From a virus, in IMG/VR virus record IMGVR_UViG_3300008262_000047: a stretch of 64,000 nt of DNA, one strand, 5' to 3'. Position 1 is the stretch's first letter, and each line of letters opens with the position of its first letter. A model generated the notes under the pieces. It searched no databases. It saw only the letters and a list, made by a program, of their open reading frames with translations, and was not told the DNA's origin. The translations under genes were made by a program, and so were the position numbers. Positions 58,255 to 64,000 of the stretch are shown piece by piece.

Positions 58255-58956
58255 ATGAAGTCACAACATCGTTTTAACGCATCAGCTATTCGTTCTGCCA
58301 TGGGCAAGACTGATCCTGAATTGGGATTACAGGTACATAAGCATCTTGTTGCTCAGGGTGTAGAGACACCTTTCATGCAGACGGAAGAATATAGTGACAA
58401 GAAGATTAAGAAGATTGAAAAACATTTCACTGAAATCATGACAACTCTAGGTATGGATTTGACTGATGACAGTCTCCAAGATAGTCCTAAGCGTGTTGCC
58501 AAGATGTTTGTGAATGAACTATTTTGGGGATTAGATTATGCAGCATTTCCGAAGTGTACTGCCATTGAGAATAAGATGGGGTATGATGAGATGGTTCTTG
58601 AAAAGAACATCACGGTGACTTCGGCATGTGAACATCACTTTGTCACTATTTCAGGTGTGGCACATGTTGCCTACATCCCGAAAAATAAGGTGTTGGGGTT
58701 GAGCAAGTTGAATCGTGTTGTTGAATATTTCTCACGCCGTCCTCAGGTTCAAGAGCGCCTTGCAGAACAAATTTATCATGCTCTGTCATTCATCCTTGAC
58801 ACGCCTGATGTAGCGGTTGTTATTGACGCCGAACATTTCTGTGTAAAGGCACGAGGTGTTGAGGATCCACATTCCAATACAATCACATCGAAGTTGGGTG
58901 GCGGATTCAAGGAGAATCCTGCCCTTCGTTCAGAATTCATGCATCTCATCAAGTAA
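58255..58956 (+). CDS. folE: GTP cyclohydrolase I
   Basis: SPKRVAKMF, CEHH, GLSKLNR, PQVQERL, HFCVKARG. Confidence 0.95.
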   Translation: MKSQHRFNASAIRSAMGKTDPELGLQVHKHLVAQGVETPFMQTEEYSDKKIKKIEKHFTEIMTTLGMDLTDDSLQDSPKRVAKMFVNELFWGLDYAAFPKCTAIENKMGYDEMVLEKNITVTSACEHHFVTISGVAHVAYIPKNKVLGLSKLNRVVEYFSRRPQVQERLAEQIYHALSFILDTPDVAVVIDAEHFCVKARGVEDPHSNTITSKLGGGFKENPALRSEFMHLIK

Positions 58957-58960
58957 TATC

Positions 58961-59476
58961 ATGTCAAGTGATATCAATGTAATGATTGACTTGGAAACCA
59001 TGAGTACCGAGTCAAACGCAGCAATCGCCTCTATTGGTGCGGTAAAATTTTCTATCGAAGCAGGTGTGATAGATACATTTTACTGCACGGTAGATGTGGC
59101 TGACTGTAAATTACAGGGATTACACATTTCTGCTGATACTGTGAAATGGTGGAGTAAGCAACCCAAGGAAGTATTAGAAATGCTTCGTGAAAATAATGTA
59201 TCTCTGCGCGAAGCTCTTACAAAGTTTTCTCAATGGTATGGAACAGTACAATATCCTACATGGGGTTGTGGTTCTGATTTTGATAATGTCATTATGGAAA
59301 ATGCCTATAAGGCAGTAAGTATGGTACGTCCTTGGAACGCCTGGAGAAACAGGTGCTATCGCACAATACGCGAAGTAATTAAATTACCAGAAGCTGAACG
59401 AACAGGCACATATCACAATGCACTTGATGATGCGTTACATCAGACACATCATCTACTTAAAATCTTTGGGAGCTAA
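58961..59476 (+). CDS. DEDDh 3'-5' exonuclease
   Basis: MIDLET, GSDFDNVI, HNALDDA. Confidence 0.85.
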   Translation: MSSDINVMIDLETMSTESNAAIASIGAVKFSIEAGVIDTFYCTVDVADCKLQGLHISADTVKWWSKQPKEVLEMLRENNVSLREALTKFSQWYGTVQYPTWGCGSDFDNVIMENAYKAVSMVRPWNAWRNRCYRTIREVIKLPEAERTGTYHNALDDALHQTHHLLKIFGS

Positions 59477-59478
59477 TA

Positions 59479-60738
59479 ATGTTTGAATATGTTGCTTCTG
59501 GGTTATCCTTTCTGCGTTGCAACTTTAAGGATACACATACAGGATATCTATTGGGTGAATTGAATAAAATGTGGGGACATATTCGTGGTAAATATGACCA
59601 CGAATTTTCATTCCTGTATAACGCCTATATTGAAAAGCATTTCGGTGAGGTGTTTTATGGTGCCTATCGTGGTAAAGGTATTAATCAGGTGTATGCCGAC
59701 TCGGGCGGTCTACAAATTGTCACACAAGGATTGACCATCACGCCGGCATTAAAACAGAAGGTGTACGAGAGTCAAGCCATGTACTCTGATTGCGCCATGA
59801 GTTTTGATGAAATTCCTGTGAGCATTATTGGCACAAAGGCGGTACGTTCAGATATTAACAGTAAATATTTTGATAGAAATAAATTTGAATGGTGTGCGCG
59901 TGAATCAGGCAGAAATGTGAAGAACCAAATTGACACATTCATCGCCATGAAATCTGATGCCAAGCCCATGTTCATTGTACAAGGCGGTGACCTTGACACA
60001 TACATCAAATGGTGTGAGTTGGCACTGGAAGAAATTCCTAAGGAATATCATGAACGCATTGGCGGTGTCGCCATGGGTTCAGGTGGTATCGGTAACGGGA
60101 TGTTTGAAGATTGTAAGCGAGCATTTTATTACACACAAACACCCTTGTTTGAAATGAACAATCATCTCCATTTGTTAGGTATTGGTGCAGTATCACGTAT
60201 GGTACCTACATTGGCAATGATTGAAAGTGGCTTATACACAAACAAACATATTAGTTATGATAGTACGACCCATACATCGGGTGTACAAATGGGAAGATAC
60301 TATGGTCCTGATTTCTCTTGGATTACTCCCGGCAAACACTTCATCAATGAAAATGGTCCTCAGTATTCCATTATCAATGCCGACATCAAGAAAAATGTTC
60401 CGTTCTATGATGTAACAGATGAAGTATTCCATGAGGTCATGAACATCAGTGTTCGAAAGTATCAGGCAAAAACAAATGATCCTAATCCGCCCATTCTTGC
60501 ATTTAACGCATACTTCACTTCATCAGTCATTAACTTTCTACGTCACTTAGATACCATGAGAAAGGATTTTTCACAGATTCATACATTGATGAGTGACGAT
60601 GAATACAATGCCATGATGGCGTTTAGTCGAGTTAAAAACAGAGTGGATTTTGAAAAGTGGGAAAATGAAATGGGACGATATCTCCCAAGTCAAGCTGTTC
60701 GTGATGGCATACCTGCAACATTACCTGAGGACTTTTAA
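59479..60738 (+). CDS. dpdA: TGT-fold DNA-guanine transglycosylase (DpdA-like)
   Basis: ADSGGLQ, SFDEIP, IVQG, HLHLLGIG, SYDSTT; flanked by folE, queE and queD. Confidence 0.75.
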   Translation: MFEYVASGLSFLRCNFKDTHTGYLLGELNKMWGHIRGKYDHEFSFLYNAYIEKHFGEVFYGAYRGKGINQVYADSGGLQIVTQGLTITPALKQKVYESQAMYSDCAMSFDEIPVSIIGTKAVRSDINSKYFDRNKFEWCARESGRNVKNQIDTFIAMKSDAKPMFIVQGGDLDTYIKWCELALEEIPKEYHERIGGVAMGSGGIGNGMFEDCKRAFYYTQTPLFEMNNHLHLLGIGAVSRMVPTLAMIESGLYTNKHISYDSTTHTSGVQMGRYYGPDFSWITPGKHFINENGPQYSIINADIKKNVPFYDVTDEVFHEVMNISVRKYQAKTNDPNPPILAFNAYFTSSVINFLRHLDTMRKDFSQIHTLMSDDEYNAMMAFSRVKNRVDFEKWENEMGRYLPSQAVRDGIPATLPEDF

Positions 60739-60740
60739 TC

Positions 60741-61112
60741 ATGATAAAGCGTTACATTGAAGTGACATTTCAGAAAGAAGGTATTCACAAATATCCCGCA
60801 GCATTGACTGACCCGAAATTGAAAGATGTAGAATTTTTAGGATATCCTCATAGACACATGTTTCATTTCCGTGTTCGTGTATCGGTGACACATAATGACC
60901 GAGACATTGAATTCATCTTATTCAAGCGTGAACTTGAACATCTATATCAAGGCACGTTGCATGTTGATTATAAGAGCTGTGAAATGTTGGCAGAAGATTT
61001 AATAGAGTACATTACTAATGTTTATCCGGGCAGAGAAGTTGAAGTAGGTGTGAGTGAAGATGGTGAGAACGGTGCAATCATTCAATATCAACCAATGGGG
61101 AGTTTGACATGA
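60741..61112 (+). CDS. QueD-like T-fold protein with LxxxHRHxF motif (DpdL-like candidate CDG decarboxylase)
   Basis: FLGYPHRHMF replaces the CxxxHGH motif; DIEF, SCEMLA, VSEDGENG. Confidence 0.65.
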   Translation: MIKRYIEVTFQKEGIHKYPAALTDPKLKDVEFLGYPHRHMFHFRVRVSVTHNDRDIEFILFKRELEHLYQGTLHVDYKSCEMLAEDLIEYITNVYPGREVEVGVSEDGENGAIIQYQPMGSLT

Positions 61113-62272
61113 AGATTTTCTATATGGGATTGGAATCATATGAATCACGATATACATTGCAACTAACTAAGTGGGCAACTACCACTATGGATCGTCGTGG
61201 TGTTGAATATGTGATTGTTCCCGGCAAGACCATTGATAACAGTCAGGCAATTTCTGTGGGACAGGTTCTTGATGCACATGGAAGAAGTTATTTCGCCATG
61301 TCACAAATGATGAATCTTGTGCAGATGATGAAAGATGGGACAGTCACCGGTGAAGATGCCATCTTTTTTGAAGATATGTTTCAACCCGGCATTGAATCGC
61401 TTCCTTACATCATGAATCAAATCCCTGAAAAGGATCGACCGAAGGTGTGGGTACGTTGTCTTGCACAAAGCATTGATCCTGATGACTTTGTTCATGTGTG
61501 GGGTATGGCACCTTGGATGAGTAAGTATGAACACATGGTGAATGATTTTGTTACGGGTGTTCTTGCGTCAAATGAAGAAATGGTGGCACATATGAAGATT
61601 GCAGGTTGGACAGCACCTCTCTACAACATTTCAGGCTTGACGTTTGACCGTGATGAGGTGAGAAGTCGAGTATCGCATATTCCAGAATTCTCATCTAGAA
61701 AGATGCGTGTTGTATTTGCTGCTCGGTTTGACCAAGAAAAGCAACCCAACTTCTTCATGGATATTGCTGAACAAGTTGCAGAAACATATAACATTGAATT
61801 TGCCATAGTATCGGGCGGTCCATTACGGAGTAACAATCCGGTATATTTGGAACGTGCTCGTAAATTAGAAAAGAGTGGTCTTTTAAAGATTTATGATAAT
61901 CTTTCTAAGAATGAGTATTATGAGATTGTTGCCAATAGTCGTGTATTGTTTAATTGTGCATTACAAGATTGGGTAAGTAACACGGTGTCTGAGGCAGATG
62001 CACTTGAATGTAATGTGTTGTATCCTGCCTATCGGTCATTCCCAGAAACGTTTGCCAATGATGCTGAACGTTTATATGTACCTTGGTCACAACAAGATGC
62101 CATTAACAAGTTGTTCAGGCACTTGAATGAACCTCATAGAAACATGGGAAAGATTTCAGCTTGGACATCACAGACAATGGATAGAATTCTAGATGTGATG
62201 TTGGGTCAAGGTGAAGCATGGCGCCGGGATGATAATCGTTATCGTGACTACACTTCTACAAACAAATACTGA
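61109..62272 (+). CDS. GT-B fold glycosyltransferase within the DNA-modification operon
   Basis: VFAARFDQEKQP, LSKNEYY, QDWVSNTVSEA (acidic-x7-E), YRSFPE. Confidence 0.75.
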   Translation: MKIFYMGLESYESRYTLQLTKWATTTMDRRGVEYVIVPGKTIDNSQAISVGQVLDAHGRSYFAMSQMMNLVQMMKDGTVTGEDAIFFEDMFQPGIESLPYIMNQIPEKDRPKVWVRCLAQSIDPDDFVHVWGMAPWMSKYEHMVNDFVTGVLASNEEMVAHMKIAGWTAPLYNISGLTFDRDEVRSRVSHIPEFSSRKMRVVFAARFDQEKQPNFFMDIAEQVAETYNIEFAIVSGGPLRSNNPVYLERARKLEKSGLLKIYDNLSKNEYYEIVANSRVLFNCALQDWVSNTVSEADALECNVLYPAYRSFPETFANDAERLYVPWSQQDAINKLFRHLNEPHRNMGKISAWTSQTMDRILDVMLGQGEAWRRDDNRYRDYTSTNKY

Positions 62273-62282
62273 GGAGATGACA

Positions 62283-62726
62283 ATGAAATTCTATTCAACG
62301 AAAACATTTGGTAATGAGCGTGGTTTGAGCTGTGCATTTCGTCAATGGCGAGCAAAATCACATTGCAATCAAATTCATGGTTATAGTTTAGGATTTCGTT
62401 TCATCTTTGAGGCAGATGTCCTAGATGAAAGAAACTGGGTATATGACTTTGGTGATACCAAGTGGATTAAGGAATACTTAGATGTTGCCTTTGACCACAC
62501 AACGGCAGTTGCCAAGGATGATCCTTTGCTTCCCTTGTTCAAACAAATGGATAAGGAAGGCGGATGCACATTGCGTATTTTTGATAGTGTTGGATGTGAA
62601 GCATTTGCTCATATGGTATATGTTGACATTGCCCCCGGTGTTGTACACAAGACGAACGGGCGAGTTCGCCTTAAGAGTGTGGAAGTATTTGAACATGGGA
62701 GCAACTCTGCCCTGTACGAGGGATAA
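62283..62726 (+). CDS. queD: 6-carboxy-5,6,7,8-tetrahydropterin synthase
   Basis: CNQIHGY, WVYDFG, FDH, GCEAFA, VFE; GAGGAG RBS. Confidence 0.88.
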   Translation: MKFYSTKTFGNERGLSCAFRQWRAKSHCNQIHGYSLGFRFIFEADVLDERNWVYDFGDTKWIKEYLDVAFDHTTAVAKDDPLLPLFKQMDKEGGCTLRIFDSVGCEAFAHMVYVDIAPGVVHKTNGRVRLKSVEVFEHGSNSALYEG

Positions 62727-63770
62727 ATGAAAGTTGCCATAATCACAGATACACATTTTGGTGCGCGAAATGATTCACAGCATTTCGACGCCTATTTCCG
62801 AAAATTTTATGATGAAGTATTTTTCCCATATCTAGATGAAACGGGAATCAAAACTCTTTTGCATTTAGGGGATGTATTCGATAGAAGAAAGTACATCAAC
62901 TTCAATACACTACGTTCATGTAAGGAATATTTTTTCGAGCAACTAAAGATACGTGGTATTGACATGAAGGTGATTCCTGGCAATCATGATACATATTATA
63001 AGAATACAAATGAAGTGAATAGTTTAGATTTATTGTTACGGGAATATCATAACATTGAAATCATTGAAGACCCAACCATCACACAATTAGATGGTCGCAC
63101 AGTATCTTTTATTCCTTGGATGTGTGCAGAGAACTATGATGCCTGTATGAAAGTCATTCAACAACCTGCTGAGTTATGTTTTGGGCATTTTGAAATTGCC
63201 GGATTTGATATGTTTCGTGGGGCAAAGAATGATGGAGGTATGGATAGACAGGTTCTGAAAAACTATTCAATGGTACTCACAGGACATTTCCATCATCGTA
63301 GCACTGATGACAATGTATATTACTTAGGAAGTCCCTATGGGTTCACATGGAGTGACTATGATGATAAACGAGGATTCCATGTATTGGATTTAGATACATT
63401 GGACCTACAATTAATAGAAAATCCATTTGAAATTTTTCATAAGATTTATTATGATGACCGCGAGAAAACCATTGATGCATCCAAGTATGCAAAGGCATGT
63501 GTGAAATTGATTGTTGTCCATAAAAATGATTATCAAAAATTTGACAAACTGCTTGATGCGTTGTATATTAATGAAGTGATTGAATTAACTATCCACGAAG
63601 ATTTTTCAGAATTTGAGTCTGAGGCATTGGATAGTGAGACGGTGAATATTGAAGATACAATGACACTTCTTTCTGAATATGTTGATTCCGTTGAATCAGC
63701 CAAAGACAAGAATAAATTGAAAACGTTGCTGAAAACCTTATACGTTGAGGCACAGAATCTTGAACTATGA
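62727..63770 (+). CDS. gp47: Recombination nuclease subunit (Mre11/SbcD-like)
   Basis: TDTHFG, LGDVFD, GNHD, GHFH. Confidence 0.94.
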   Translation: MKVAIITDTHFGARNDSQHFDAYFRKFYDEVFFPYLDETGIKTLLHLGDVFDRRKYINFNTLRSCKEYFFEQLKIRGIDMKVIPGNHDTYYKNTNEVNSLDLLLREYHNIEIIEDPTITQLDGRTVSFIPWMCAENYDACMKVIQQPAELCFGHFEIAGFDMFRGAKNDGGMDRQVLKNYSMVLTGHFHHRSTDDNVYYLGSPYGFTWSDYDDKRGFHVLDLDTLDLQLIENPFEIFHKIYYDDREKTIDASKYAKACVKLIVVHKNDYQKFDKLLDALYINEVIELTIHEDFSEFESEALDSETVNIEDTMTLLSEYVDSVESAKDKNKLKTLLKTLYVEAQNLEL

Positions 63771-64000
63771 TACATTTTAAAACCGTTCGATGGAAAAACT
63801 TTCTCTCAACAGGGAATGCATTTACTGAAATAGAACTTAATAGACGCCCCACAACTCTTGTTGTGGGTGAGAATGGTAGTGGCAAAAGTACGATGCTTGA
63901 TGCCATTTGTTTTGCTTTGTTTGGTAAACCTTATCGTAACATTAATAAGCCACAACTTGTCAACACCATTAATGGCAAGCATTGTTTGGTTGAGATTGAA
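63767..64000 (+). CDS. gp46: Recombination ATPase subunit (Rad50/SbcC-like), N-terminal part
   Basis: Hand translation: MIHFKTVRWKNFLSTGN...GENGSGKSTMLDAICFALFGKPYR. Confidence 0.93.
   Translation, partial: MIHFKTVRWKNFLSTGNAFTEIELNRRPTTLVVGENGSGKSTMLDAICFALFGKPYRNINKPQLVNTINGKHCLVEIE

Noticed and set aside
59479-60738. tRNA-guanine transglycosylase for queuosine
   Set aside because: No C-terminal Zn-binding Cys cluster, and no queA, queF or queC nearby. The phage replication-region context favours a DNA-acting DpdA, though this is not proven.
48272-62282. Upstream starts given in the ORF track (48272, 57336, 58192, 58856, 62211)
   Set aside because: They overlap upstream genes or lack an RBS; downstream ATGs with an RBS or clean spacing were used instead.

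Overview
A 64 kb slice of a T4-like myovirus genome; the host cannot be identified from sequence alone. It holds most of the morphogenesis region. A minus-strand block encodes a tape-measure-like gene, gp26/gp51-like chaperone, gp54-like, gp2 and gp4. The plus strand carries the baseplate genes (gp48, 53, hub, split gp5, 25, 6, 7, 8, a 1902-aa structural protein), a ~16 kb accessory fibre and glycosyltransferase region, neck/packaging/tail/head genes (gp13-gp23), gp3, uvsY, uvsW, gp55, a 7-deazaguanine DNA-modification cluster, gp47 and the start of gp46. Highlights: (1) a Thr-rich, Cys-domain, mucin-like fibre-tip protein followed directly by a candidate protein O-glycosylation cassette; (2) a queE-folE-dpdA-dpdL-like-queD cluster with an embedded GT-B glycosyltransferase and no queC, in the slot where T4 keeps alpha-gt; (3) a T_TTT_TTC slippery site predicting a lambda G/G-T style -1 frameshift in the gp26-like gene; (4) a 56-bp non-coding element (46/56 identical) shared by the gp2 and gp3 leaders, 51 kb apart; (5) an apparent in-frame internal deletion in the major capsid gene. 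All family assignments come from motif recognition and synteny; no searches were run. No tRNA, rRNA, CRISPR array or mobile element was recognised.
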